A stretch of 64,000 bases of DNA from Fonticula alba ATCC 38817 (taxonomy: Eukaryota; Protista; Nucleariida), in the NCBI GenBank assembly GCA_000388065.2, contig KB932201.1; one strand, 5' to 3'. The translations under genes and the position numbers were made by a program. Below, piece by piece: positions 38,418 to 49,833 of this stretch. Below the pieces are notes generated by a model that saw only the letters and a program-made list of their open reading frames with translations, did not search any database and was not told where the DNA came from. Within the stretch, counting starts at the first letter, position 1. The number at the start of each line of letters is the position of its first letter.

Positions 38418-39061
38418 CCCTGGAGGGGCCTCGTGTGCGGCTCACGTCGTCGCCCCCCCGCTCTTGGCCATCCTCAGCCGGAACGGGGGCACCAGCAGCC
38501 CGAGGCGCGGCCGGCGAGCCACGCGATCCGTCAGACCCATGGGTGCAGAAAAATTAACAGACAGAAAGGCCTGGAGGTCGAGCGACCACGGGCGAGACCC
38601 GGAGACAGCTCGCGCGCGTTTCGAGCGGTGAGACTTGCTCAAATGCGCCGGCCCACGCCGGGCGGCCGGCGCATTCGGCCCCTCGGCCGCCCCGGCACTT
38701 GGTTTCGTTGACTCGACCAATAACAAATGTGAAACCGCCCAGCCGGCTGGGGCTGGATGTCCCAAAAGACAGTCCTGGATAGGCGGGGCTCGCATCGTTN
38801 NNNNNNNNNNNNNNNNNNNNNNNNNNNNNNNNNNNNNNNNNNNNNNNNNNNNNNNNNNNNNNNNNNNNNNNNNNNNNNNNNNNNNNNNNNNNNNNNNNNN
38901 NNNNNNNNNNNNNNNNNNNNNNNNNNNNNNNNNNNNNNNNNNCCTCAAACTCCCACCTCCCGCCCCCTTCTGCTCCTCCTTTCCAGCCCTTATCCCCACT
39001 TCCCCGAGCCCACTTGACCACCGGCCCCTGCCCCCCTCTTCCTCAGAGGCGCGTCGCAGCA

Positions 39062-41222
39062 ATGTCAGCTGTACGTGTGTTGGTGTTCCCCGAAGCGCGA
39101 CCGCGCGACGCCTCGCTCGAGCTCCACTGTCGTTTGCTGCAATTGAACGCCCAGCGCCTGGTCCCGGCATACGGTGTCCCGGTGCCAATCTCCCAAGCAC
39201 AGCAGTCCCCGGCCGGCGGCAGTGGTCCTGGTGGCGGCAGCGGCAGCGGCATTCCCGGCGTCGCGCCCGGAGTTCCCATCCCCCCTGGGCCCGGGGCCGG
39301 GTCCGGCGGCTCCGGCATCGGGTCCGGCAGTCTGTCCGGCACCGGTCCCCTTGCCTTCACCTCCTCGCTGGTGGCCGGCGACGACCACTCGGCTCCGCAT
39401 GACAGCCACCGGGCGGCCAGCAGCGTCCCCTTCGGCACAGCCTGGAGCTATGGCATCAATGTTCTCCGGTCGGCCAGCAGCAGTCTCCTGGCATCGGTGG
39501 CAGATGGGTCACCTGGCACCGGGGTCGCGGCCCCGAAAAGCCCAGCCTCCAATGCGGCCGCTGTCGATGGGGCGGCCCCTGTCGCCGGTGGCGATGGCGG
39601 GCCGGGCCCCGCCGCACCAGCCACCTCTGGCCACCCCACCACCCCGCTGTATATTTGTCTGTCCCTGGCACGCGGCGGGCTGGACCTGGGCGGTGGCGGC
39701 GGCACCGGGCATCTGATCATGCAGGACCCCCGGGAGTTGGGGTTGCACCGGTTGCCGGAGGTCATCAGCCAGCAGGCGGCCGCCTTGCAGGCGCCTGCTG
39801 GAACGGCGGATGCCGCGCTGGCCTTGCGCGCGCGTGCACACCTCTGGGGCCCAGCCCTACAGGGCCCTCTGACCACCAAGCAGCTTCCCGGGACTGTCGG
39901 CCTGCCAGTGGCCACGGTCATCGGGCCGCAGTGCGTGGTCGGGCGCTTTGTGCCAGCTACAGCGCCGGCTGCCACTCCGGCGGCCTCTCCCTCGACGCCT
40001 GCGCTCGGATCCAGCGCGGCGACCAATGCCGAGGTGCATGCCCTGCTGTCCGGCGGGCTTGGACCCGGGCCGCTGGAGGGCCCTGCCGTTCCGCTGGACT
40101 TCTACACCCCGCTGACGCTGCCCCTCCCTGGGAATGTGGTTTCGCGCGACATCAGCCACATTCTCCCGCGCATGCATGGGCTCCTCCACCGAGCGTCCAT
40201 CCAGGTCGAGGTGCGTACACGAGCTCCCTGCCCCCTTCGGCTCTCTTTGCCATCTGCTTTGTCCTTTCCATCTGCTTTGCCTGCGACGGGCTGCCCTCAA
40301 TGTCTCACCCCTCCTTGCTCGCGCCCTGCCCATGTCATGTTCTTTCCTTCTCCTATCTCTCTCTCTCTCCCTCCCTCCCTCCCTCCCCCCCCCCCACCCG
40401 CACCATTGNNNNNNNNNNNNNNNNNNNNNNNNNNNNNNNNNNNNNNNNNNNNNNNNNNNNNNNNNNNNNNNNNNNNNNNNNNNNNNNNNNNNNNNNNNNN
40501 NNNNNNNNNNNNNNNNNNNNNNNNNNNNNNNNNNNNNNNNNNNNNNNNNNNNNNNNNNNNNNNNNNNNNNNNNNNNNNNNNNNNNNNNNNNNNNNNNNNN
40601 NNNNNNNNNNNNNNNNNNNNNNNNNNNNNNNNNNNNNNNNNNNNNNNNNNNNNNNNNNNNNNNNNNNNNNNNNNNNNNNNNNNNNNNNNNNNNNNNNNNA
40701 TACCTTGTCGGCAATATGATTGTCCGGTTCGGGGCCCTGCGCACGATGGTCCCCTCGGTCCAGCGCCTGGCCACTTACAAGGCCAACCTGCCGACGAATC
40801 CGATCATGCGAGGCTTCGTCCTGGAGGTGGAGTGCATTTCCATGTCCCTGCCGGACTTCGAGGCGGCCACCTCGGACTCGGTGCAGCGGTATTTGCACGA
40901 GTTCGCCGAAATGCTGGTCAATGGGACCTTCCCCTCGAGCGACCCGACCTTCATAGCCCCGACGGCGATTGCTCTGGGGCCTTTTGAGCCGGCCGGAGCC
41001 CCGGTCACTCCGATGGCCCGGTGGGCCCCGCCTGTGGTCCCGCACCAGCGTCCCGCCGCCCCGGTGCTTGGAGTGCAGCCGCGCTTCTGGCAACGCTCGA
41101 CTGGGGCCGGGGCCCAGGAGGTTGAGGACTTTGCTCGCCAGCCCCTTTGCTCGGATGTCTTCGCCTCGCAACAGTATATCGCCGCCATCAGCCGGTGCTG
41201 CCTGCTGGGAGGTGTGCCATGA
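39062..41222 (+). CDS. MED20: Mediator subunit 20-like (CYTH-like fold) with long Gly/Ala/Pro insertions; N-gap in intron
   Basis: LHCRLLQLNAQR, HRASIQVE|..YLVGNMIVRFG..RGFVLEVEC and terminal QQYIAAI follow MED20 motifs (KIETRGTRYQYCDFLVKVG..RGISVEVEY..QYMELF, recalled). Confidence 0.6.
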
Positions 41223-41428
41223 GTGCGAGACAGGCCGGCCACCCAATACACCCCCCCCCCCGCTCTTTGGGCGCCACCAGGACAAAAGAAGCCAAGTGCA
41301 GAGGGCAGGGGGCCGGGGCAGGACGGTGACATCGACCGGCACATACGCGAGCCGTGGTCGTGTGCACTGCAGTGCGCTTTGGGCTTGGCTTTTGGGTTTT
41401 ATTGCTCTGACATCTCGCCGGGGGCCGG

Positions 41429-42082
41429 CTAGAGCTCATTCTTGATGTGCCGCTTCGTGTCGGCTAGGCAGCTCATGACAAAGGATATCTCCTCCAGTGG
41501 CCGGCGTGTGACGACGATGGCCTTTAGCGCGTGAAAGCCCCAGGCCTGGGATCCGGGCTCGGGGTTCTCCAAGGGCCCGGTCTTCCCGATCAGCTGGACC
41601 ACGTCACCTGGTTGGTTGTGTTGGAGTTGTTGGTTGATATTTCCCCCCCCCCCCCCCCCGCATGCGCGTGCGCACCGACGGAGCGCGGTGTCGGAAGAGG
41701 CCGGCTTGTTAGAATGGGGCAGGGCAGGAGGGGAGGCGTAGCCAGCTGCTTCAGGACATGGGAGGAGGGGGGGGGGACACGCACCGACCTGCAGCCGGCC
41801 CAATACACCGAGAAGTAAGTCACCCGACTGGGCCGGGCGCGCCAGGATGCAAGCTGTCCCATCGTCCAGGACCAGGGACGTGGCGCTGGGCTTGGCCACA
41901 ACGTCTCCCTGGATCCAGAAGTGGGTATTACCTGCCGCACCGGGGGAGGGGGGCCGGCGGCCGGCCTGGCTCAGGCCTGGCGACGCCGCCGGCAGGGCCG
42001 ACCCAGATTCTGTCAGAGCGGCTGAGATGAAGAGCTTTTTGATGACGGCCGGGGCCGGGGGGGAACTCGCCGGGCTGGCCAT
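41429..42082 (-). CDS. RMI2: RMI2-like single OB-fold protein, 2 exons
   Basis: VIKKLFI..HFWIQGDVV..LVLDDGTA..LQVG|DVVQLIG..FHALKAIVVTRRPLEEISFVMSCLADTKRHI resembles RMI2 (VWMQGRVV..RLRDPSG..VPGKYVMVMG..LQAVKMTDLSDNPIHESMW). Confidence 0.6.
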   Translation of the reverse strand: MASPASSPPAPAVIKKLFISAALTESGSALPAASPGLSQAGRRPPSPGAAGNTHFWIQGDVVAKPSATSLVLDDGTACILARPAQSGDLLLGVLGRLQVGACPPPLLPCPEAAGYASPPALPHSNKPASSDTALRRCARACGGGGGGNINQQLQHNQPGDVVQLIGKTGPLENPEPGSQAWGFHALKAIVVTRRPLEEISFVMSCLADTKRHIKNEL

Positions 42083-42668
42083 CGCGAGTGGTATATCCGC
42101 AGGAGCCGGTGCGTGTGTCCTCCAGGGGGAAGGGGCAGATGGCGAGGGGGAGAGCGCGCGACGAGGGGCAGATGGCGAGGCGAGGGAAGAAGAGGATGCT
42201 GCTATGCGAGCGCAGGCAGGCGGCGGCGGCGGCGGCGGCGAGCTGGCACAATAGTTGCCCTTCATTGACCGTATGGCCGGTGTCCGCCCCCCCAGCGCCC
42301 ACCCCCCCCCCCCCCCCCTCCCCCCGGAGAGGCCGCAGTGGGTGGCGCGCCCGGGGCTCCCCCTCCTCCCCGCCGGACGGGCCGCCCCTCTTTCCCGCGA
42401 CAAGCCCGGGCCTCCAGCCCCGATCGGCAGCGAATCGCGCACATACTGCCAACGCAAGGGGTGTGCTCTGGCGGCGTCTCTTCATCTGGGTGTGGTGCGG
42501 CTCTGTGGGGCCCGGGGCCCGCCCCGGCATCAGACAATCCACCCACCAGTGTCAAATCCCTCTCCTCCCTCTCTTTCGCTCCCTCTCCTCCCTTTCGTTT
42601 GCTCCCTCTCCACACACACCCCCCCTCTGTCCGCCTGTCTGCGCAAAAAAAAGGAAGAAAGATCAACA

Positions 42669-43384
42669 ATGAGCTCCCAGCAAGCGCCCCCCCGGTCGAC
42701 GCCGGCCGACAAGCGTGCCCCCCAGGGCCCGCCTCCTGACCCCCGGATCCGGCGGACCGAGCAGATCCGTGAGCTGAATGAGGTGGTCCGGGACCAGCGC
42801 GCCTTCGAGCTGCTGCAGTCGACCGCCGAGCTTGAGCGCCAGACCAAGGCTCTGATGGAGCTCTGTTCGCATACCATTGGCAACGTCCAGTCGCAGATGC
42901 ACGCGGTGCGGATGTGCCCTTCTCCTTGCGCCTCTCTCCTCCCCCCGCCTTGGCCATGGCGACTGTGGCTTTCTAACACGCGCCTGCCACATGTCTTCCC
43001 CTCGTGCGCCAGATGTCCGGCATCACTCTGCAGGCGGTGGAGATCTTGGCCTCGGCCGCCGAGAAGGCCAATGCCCAAACCACCAAGGCCATTGACGAGG
43101 CGCACGAATTCTTGCTTACCGCTGACCAGATCTCCGCCAGCATGGAGCCGGTCATCCAGCTGGCCGAGCAAATGTGCGTCTCCCCTCCGATCTCTCTCTC
43201 TCTCTCTCTCTCTCACTGATGCGGACCCGCTTGTATGCATTCATATCCCCCCCCCTCCCCCTCCTGCTCACACGCACTCTCACACCTCTGTCCCCTTCCC
43301 TTCGCCCCGTGTTTGTCTCGCTCTCTGGCCCATAGTAAGGACGTCCGGCGGACTCTCACCGTCTTGGAGGCTGCCTGCGAGTAG
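42669..43384 (+). CDS. BORCS6: BORC subunit 6 (lyspersin, DUF2365)-like coiled-coil protein, 3 exons
   Basis: AELERQTKAL..IGNVQSQMHA|MSGITLQAVEIL..AIDEAHEFLLTADQISASMEPVIQLAEQI|KDVRRTLTVLE matches the recalled BORCS6 C-terminal domain pattern (LEREA..SxxT..LxxxAEEITKSMKPTEQLGQRIREIKRLVDMLD). Confidence 0.75.
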
Positions 43385-44828
43385 ACGCGCATCTCAGGCC
43401 ATCTCTTTCTCCATGTATCACGGTCAGTCGGAGGCCGACTGACCGGCGCAAGGGGAAGGGGTCTCCCAAGGTGTTGTTTCCTCTGGGCAAGCTCGCGGCC
43501 CTGCAGCCATCCCTCTCAGCGGCCTCATGCCGCACACGCCCGAATGTATGCCACTAAATCGCCAAATATCCAGAGAGTCATGCGCGCGGCGGATGGCGAC
43601 ACAAGCGCCAAGAGGCAGGGGAGGAGCGGAACAAGCAGGGGACCCTGGGCATTTGAATGATACATCGCCGCCCCCTCCGCGGGGGTTGCTCTGCTGCTTC
43701 CCCCGCTGCTGATGGTGAGTTGATGTTGTTGTTTTTGCCGCCCAAGTAGCCCCAAGATACAGAGGAGAACCCTCAGCGGGGGGGAGGGGGGGAATTGCAC
43801 GAAGGAGAGCCCGCCCTTGCATTGCAATCTCTCAAAAGCGCGGCGGCTGTTTGGGCGGCGGGGGCGGCGCGGGAGACGGGTTTCGCGGAGCGCTGGTGCC
43901 GATCACATTGTGTTCACGTGAGAGTCAACACAGGTCCAATCACGCTTCCTGTTCCGGTGAAACCGATCCCACCCGGGTCTTGTAACTTCGCCCATTTGAC
44001 CGGGAAGAGGCACGCAAAAGCGCACCCAGGCTGCGGGTGAAATTCAGGGGCCTGTTTCGAGCCCCCTACTGTGTCCTGGGGGGGGGTGCCATCCACGCGT
44101 CCAGCCCGGCCCTGGCCTGGGAGAAGTTCGGCGCTTGGCGCGCCAGGCCGAGTGTGGGGAATCCCGGGGGGAGGGAGGACGGGGGAAGGGGGGACCGGGG
44201 GGACGGTCCGTCGATCGTGTGGCGACCGAAGGGCTGTTTGTCATGCAGCACAGAGTGGCAGAGCAGCGTCTTCTTCCTAGTCGTGTGGAGTCAAGAAGAA
44301 GAAGCAAGCCCCCCCCCCCCCCCCCCCCCCCCCCCGCCCCTCGCCCCCGCTGAGACCGGGGCGTCTCGGTGGCTTCACGAGCGGCCGATGCGCAGCTGAA
44401 CATTCGCTCCGAAAGTCAACGTCGTTGAAAATCTCCCGCCGATCGGTGGGCCCAGTTCCCAGCCATCGTAGCTTGTGTTTCCAGCTCGGGTGAAAGAAGG
44501 AGAGAGAACCGGAGGGGATGGCTAGGGGCCCCCATCGGAGGGGCGGGGGGGGTATGTATGGCTCAACTTACCTTGCCACCACGGGTGAGGTGCCTGTGTG
44601 TGTGTGTTGGCCAGCGCGATCTTCGAGGGAAGAGAAGACATCCCGGACAGTGAGGAGTACGGGGGGCTCTTGCTGGGGCCTGTTGCGGAGCTGGTCCGAG
44701 GAGGGGGTGTGTGCCCTATCCCCCCCCCCCCCCCCCCCCCGCCCCCTCCCTCCTCCTCGTCCTCTGCGCACGCACGCGGGGGACAGACACATGCTGCGGC
44801 CCCTTTTCCAAGGGAGCAAACAGGCTTG

Positions 44829-44864
<36 letters not shown>

Positions 44865-44970
44865 CTGGACACAGGACGCTGCGGGCCGCCGCGAGGGGGG
44901 GGGCAGAGGGAAGGGCAGGGGAGGGGGGTCTGCCCCCTTTGTCCGGGGGGGGGGGAAGCCCGGGGGCAGA

Positions 44971-44978
44971 TATAAAAA
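44971..44978 (+). promoter_or_regulatory. TATA box candidate for the 417-aa orphan gene
   Basis: TATAAAAA in a GC-rich context about 520 bp upstream of the ATG at 45497. Confidence 0.45.
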
Positions 44979-45496
44979 GGGGTGGCCTGCTAGCGAGCCT
45001 GATGTGCCGCCTCCAGAAACCATCCTACTGATTACGTCCATCGCAAGATTAAAAAGAAACCGATATCCTTCACGCTCCCGTGAACTTTTTTATTTTACAC
45101 CGTATGCCCACGACGCCATCTTTCCTGCCCCTCCCCCGCCGCCCTCCTCCAGCCCGCAGTTCGCGCGCGTACCACTTGAATAATTGAGAACTCCCCCCCC
45201 CCTTCCCCCTCCCCGGGGCTCACCTCATGTCCTCTTTACTCGCATGCCGTCCTCCTTTCCTCATTCATGCGCCATTCCTCCCCCTGATGCATTTGCTTAC
45301 TCACATACCCGCCCCTTCTCTGCCTCGCCACTGGCGCATGCTCTTCTGTGTTCTCCTCCCCCCCCTTCTCCTCCTCCTCGACCTCTCCGCGCTCTGTGTG
45401 GGCTGGGGGGCCACCGAGTATAGCTCCGGAAAAAACACCCCCCCCCCCCATCCCCGTGTACCTCAATTCCCCCGCCCCCCCTCCATAACCACCACC

Positions 45497-46750
45497 ATGT
45501 CGTCAAGCAGACCCAACCAGCAGCCGGAGAAGCTGATCGACTTCGCCAAGATCGACCGTGATCTGGCTCAATCGGCCGACCAGGCGTCCCGGTCGGCGGC
45601 GGCCGCGGCGCAGCATGCCCTCACGGCCTCGGAGTTCGCCCGGCGCTCGGTCATTGATGCCAGCGACCCGGCCAGTCGCGAGGTGTCGCGCTCGGCTCAG
45701 CAGGCGGCCAATGCCGCGCGCAATGCCGCCGAAGCGGCCGCCATCAATGCCAAGAACGCCCAGCAGGTGGCCATGAGCGCCTCGCCACCGGGCTCCCCCC
45801 GGTCGCCGACCGCCTCTTCCGGCCCCTTCGGTCTGGGAAATATCCTGGAGAAGGCCAAGCACGCGTTCTTCGGTGACCCGGATGCCGCCCAAATGGCCGA
45901 TACCTACTCTGCTTCGGGCGCCTCTCCCCGCGGAAGCACCGGCGGCCAGTCGCAGTACAACTTCCACCAGAGCGAGACCTCGCTCGTGGACCAGTGGCCA
46001 CGTCCCGGCATCGAGGGGCTGATGCAGCGCCAGGGCCAGATTGCTCGGGAGAACAGCCAGCTGGCTGGTTCCCCGCCGGAGGCCTACGTCAACCTGTCAG
46101 ACACCAATGCCTTCATGGAGTCACTGCGGGCTCGCCGTCAGGCGGTGCAGCAGGTGGCCCAGGATGCCCTGGCGGCCCCCCGGTCGCAGGTCTGGGCCGA
46201 TAATGCCGATCGTCTAGTGCATGAGGCTATCAGTGACTCGCAGCGCGCGGCCTCCGGCGGCAAGATGGCCGCCATCGGTGCCGACGTGTCGAACTCCATC
46301 CAGCAGAAGGCCGGTCGGATGGCCGGAGCCGTGGCCCAGGCCACCGGCGCCCAGGCCACCCCGCCCCCGATCGGCAGCGGGATCAACACCACCACGGTGT
46401 CTGGTCGCCTGCCGGGAGGTGCCTACACCTACACCTCTTCGGCCACCCCGGGCTGGACTTCGGAGAACTACAGGGCCTACCAGCAGAGCAGCGGTGCCCT
46501 GCCGGTGGGCGATGCCTTCTTCAACCGGGCGGTCCCCGGGCCGATGGTCTCCCCGCGTGGTGGTTCCACCGCCGGGAGCAGCTTCTTCCCGGCTAGCCTG
46601 AATCAGCCGGGTGTGCCGCTCATGCGCCAGAACCAGCAGATCGACTACCGGGCCAAGACCATGGGCCAGCGCTACTCGGAGGTGGAGCACTCGGCGGCCG
46701 GTGGCAAGTCCACCGTGCTGGACGAGTCCTCCACCCTTGGTACCGCTTAG
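45497..46750 (+). CDS. Hypothetical 417-aa Ala/Ser/Gln-rich protein, intronless
   Basis: Uninterrupted ORF with ACCACCATG context and coding-like codon use. No family motif recognised. Confidence 0.8.
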   Translation: MSSSRPNQQPEKLIDFAKIDRDLAQSADQASRSAAAAAQHALTASEFARRSVIDASDPASREVSRSAQQAANAARNAAEAAAINAKNAQQVAMSASPPGSPRSPTASSGPFGLGNILEKAKHAFFGDPDAAQMADTYSASGASPRGSTGGQSQYNFHQSETSLVDQWPRPGIEGLMQRQGQIARENSQLAGSPPEAYVNLSDTNAFMESLRARRQAVQQVAQDALAAPRSQVWADNADRLVHEAISDSQRAASGGKMAAIGADVSNSIQQKAGRMAGAVAQATGAQATPPPIGSGINTTTVSGRLPGGAYTYTSSATPGWTSENYRAYQQSSGALPVGDAFFNRAVPGPMVSPRGGSTAGSSFFPASLNQPGVPLMRQNQQIDYRAKTMGQRYSEVEHSAAGGKSTVLDESSTLGTA

Positions 46751-48457
46751 AAAAATAGCAAGGGATCCCCCCTCCGACGTGCGGTGTGATTGATAGCTAC
46801 GCAGGAAGGGTGCGACAGGGGGGAGGGGCATGATTGAGGACAAGAGACAGCGACCAAGAGAGAGAGGGGGCGAGAGAAGAGGCTGAGCCGAGAAGATTAG
46901 TATGTGCTCGCGTTCTCTCTCTCCTCTCTCTCTCTCTCTCTCCCCCCCCCCCCCTCTCTGCGGGAGGATCCTTGTTGTTCCTGTCCTGCTAGCCGAGGAG
47001 GCGATGTATAAGCGCGCGGGGCCCTCCTTCTTGACCTTGCGGTGGAGAAGAGTGCTTGCCCTTATTTTCGGCCTTCTCACGAGTTGACAGAGAACCAAGT
47101 ACAATTTCCCTCCCTCTCCCCTCCCTCTCTCCCTCCTTGTTTCGCTCCCGCTTTCCACCCATTTTTCTCCTCCCACCCTCCCACCCGTGTCCACTCTTTG
47201 AGGTGTTGTCAAATTACCCGCATGCACTCTGGGCGCGCGTATGCGCATTGCTGTTCCACGCTCTGAACGGGAGGAGACGCTGGGACACAAGCACAAAATA
47301 TCTACACGCGTGTGTCCTGCCCTGTTTCCTTTACCAGTTGCTGTATGATAAGGCAGAGAGAAAGAGTGAGAGAGGCAAGTGGGGAGGAGGGAGCAAGGCA
47401 ACAGCCCGCGTGATCCCTTCGTCTCCGACATTCATCCCGGTGTCCCCCCACCCTTCCAAATTATCATGCCCTGGTGTCTCTTGCACACACATGGGGCGAG
47501 AAAGAGGAGCAGGAGGAGAGGGGATGTGTATGTGCGCATTCTCCCCCCCCCCCCCCGCCCTTTCTCTCTGTGCGTGTCCGAGAAACAGCTTTGCATGGTA
47601 AAAATAGATTGCTTCCGTTGCCCTGTGATGTCTTTGTGCGCGCATGTTCGGGGGGGGGGGGGGGGNNNNNNNNNNNNNNNNNNNNNNNNNNNNNNNNNNN
47701 NNNNNNNNNNNNNNNNNNNNNNNNNNNNNNNNNNNNNNNNNNNNNNNNNNNNNNNNNNNNNNNNNNNNNNNNNNNNNNNNNNNNNNNNNNNNNNNNNNNN
47801 NNNNNNNNNNNNNNNNNNNNNNNNNNNNNNNNNNNATCTATATATGAGAGATGGGTGGGGTGGGGTGGGTAGAATTGGAATCATGTTCCCGAGCAGCGGC
47901 ACTTCACGAAGAGGGGGGGGGGGCGGGGTCTTTGGGTGTTTTTATCGGGCTTTTTGTGTATTGAAGTGTTGAATGCGGGGAAGAGAGTGGACAGGCGACC
48001 AAAATGGGCACGCAAAAGCAGCCGAGAAGCAGCTTTGGGAGATTACAAGGNNNNNNNNNNNNNNNNNNNNNNNNNNNNNNNNNCGGGGTCTTTGGGTGTT
48101 TTTATCGGGCTTTTTGTGTATTGAAGTGTTGAATGCGGGGAAGAGAGTGGACAGGCGACCAAAATGGGCACGCAAAAGCAGCCGAGAAGCAGCTTTGGGA
48201 GAACGCTCACGCCACTCGCGCACGCGATCATGGGTACTATCATTCCCTGTGGGAAATGGGAGGGGGGGGGAGTGGCAGGGGGGATGTTGGGCAGGATTTT
48301 GTATAATGTCCACACCCATGCCGCCTCCTACATCGGAGGAAGTGGACTGTGCCGTGTGTGGGAGGTGGCAGGCAATGGTCGGGCACCGAGGGGAGGTGGG
48401 ATGGAGAAGGGAGGAAGAGAAAGAGAGAGAGAGAGAGGCGTGTAGATCTGAGGGGAG

Positions 48458-48828
48458 CAGCGCCCGCATATTACGACCTCGAGGGGAGAGAAAGGCCGAG
48501 AGATAGAAAGGAGTAAGGACGCCCAAGGGGCCGGCTTGATGAGAAAGGATGTATATGTATTCGGATCAGAGGAGGGAGAAGGACAAGAAGGAAGGGAAGG
48601 AGAAAGAGGGGGAGATGGAATACAACGGAGGAGAGATCGGAAGAGCACACGTCAGCGCCCGCATATTACGACCTCGAGGGGAGAGAAAGGCCGAGAGATA
48701 GAAAGGAGTAAGGACGCCCAAGGGGCCGGCTTGATGAGAAAGGATGTATATGTATTCGGATCAGAGGAGGGAGAAGGACAAGAAGGAAGGGAAGGAGAAA
48801 GAGGGGGAGATGGAATACAACGGAGGAG
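48458..48828. other. Assembly artefact: 176-bp direct duplication joined by an Illumina TruSeq adapter
   Basis: 48458-48633 equals 48653-48828. Between them, AGATCGGAAGAGCACACGTC (48634-48653) is the first 20 nt of the TruSeq read-through adapter. Confidence 0.93.
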
Positions 48829-48854
48829 CGGTAGGGCGCGAGCCAGCGCAAGCC

Positions 48855-49541
48855 CTACTCCTCGGTTTTCTCAGGTGGCTTTTCAGCCATGGTGCCCAGG
48901 GCATCCGGATGGAGGAGAGGGTTGTCCGAGCTTAGCCAGAAGATGTGCGGCAGCCGGTCGCGCAGAAACACCGGCACTAGGCCGTCCCGGCGCATGGTCT
49001 GTCGGAAGAGGGTATCATCGATGCCACGATCGGTGAGCTCACGCGCGGCGCCGGACGACAGGAAGGGCCAGGGGAGGATGGTGGGCGTTGGCGCTTGCCC
49101 TGGGGATCCTGGGCCTGTCTCCTCATTGGGGGGTCTCTCCTGCAGGAAGTCCAAGACGGAGGGCTGGGCCCCGGGAGCCAGGTGGTCCGGGTGGGCCAGC
49201 TGCCAGGCGGCTGCCTCGCGCAGGGCTCCCAGGATGTCGGCCGTCGACAGGGGGCCCGGCGTGGCGGCATACAAGCGCGCCAGTATGAGGGACGCGCGCA
49301 TGATCTCGGCTCGGTGGTCTTCAGCACGGCGGCGGGGTGGAGCCCGGGCCCGGGGCGGCTTGGATGCCGCGGAGCCAGGTGTCGAGGAGGGAGGACGGCC
49401 ATCTGCAGAGGTGTCGACTGCGGCCTTCGAGTGGATGCAGCGCACGGGCGAGGACACCCAACGAATGGCAGCGAACCCTAGCGGCCGAAGGGAAACACAT
49501 TGCCTGGTAGGCATCAAGACCGGTGCCGCAAGTAAGCTCAT
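48855..49541 (-). CDS. Hypothetical 228-aa protein with mitochondrial presequence-like N-terminus
   Basis: MSLLAAPVLMPTRQCVSLRPLGFAAIRWVSSPVRCIHSKAA is Arg/Ser-rich, acid-free and has an R-x-x-H-S cleavage-like site; open to TAG at 48855. Confidence 0.65.
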   Translation of the reverse strand: MSLLAAPVLMPTRQCVSLRPLGFAAIRWVSSPVRCIHSKAAVDTSADGRPPSSTPGSAASKPPRARAPPRRRAEDHRAEIMRASLILARLYAATPGPLSTADILGALREAAAWQLAHPDHLAPGAQPSVLDFLQERPPNEETGPGSPGQAPTPTILPWPFLSSGAARELTDRGIDDTLFRQTMRRDGLVPVFLRDRLPHIFWLSSDNPLLHPDALGTMAEKPPEKTEE

Positions 49542-49771
49542 TGTAGCTGTGTGTAGAGGAGGGAATTCAGCAGGGCAGGGCGAGGCGTGTGTCTCACGCT
49601 GCCCCCGGCGTGCGCCTGAGATTGTCGGGGGGGAGGGAGGGGGAGGGGATAGACAGGAAGGGGTGGTAAAACAGCCAGGCCCTCTGGCTTCGATGGGGGG
49701 AGATCTTGAAAAACCCCTCGGCGACCCCGATCGCGCACTGGGCAAAGCAAGAAAGGCGGAAGAGAAAGAGA

Positions 49772-49833
<62 letters not shown>

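Noticed and set aside
47924-48202. 119-bp direct repeat (47924-48042 = 48084-48202)
   Set aside because: The copies sit on either side of a 33-N gap, typical of overlapping contig ends left unmerged.
48536-49036. ORF with an internal duplicated peptide (MMRKDVYVFGSEEG...)
   Set aside because: Produced by the adapter-joined duplication artefact.
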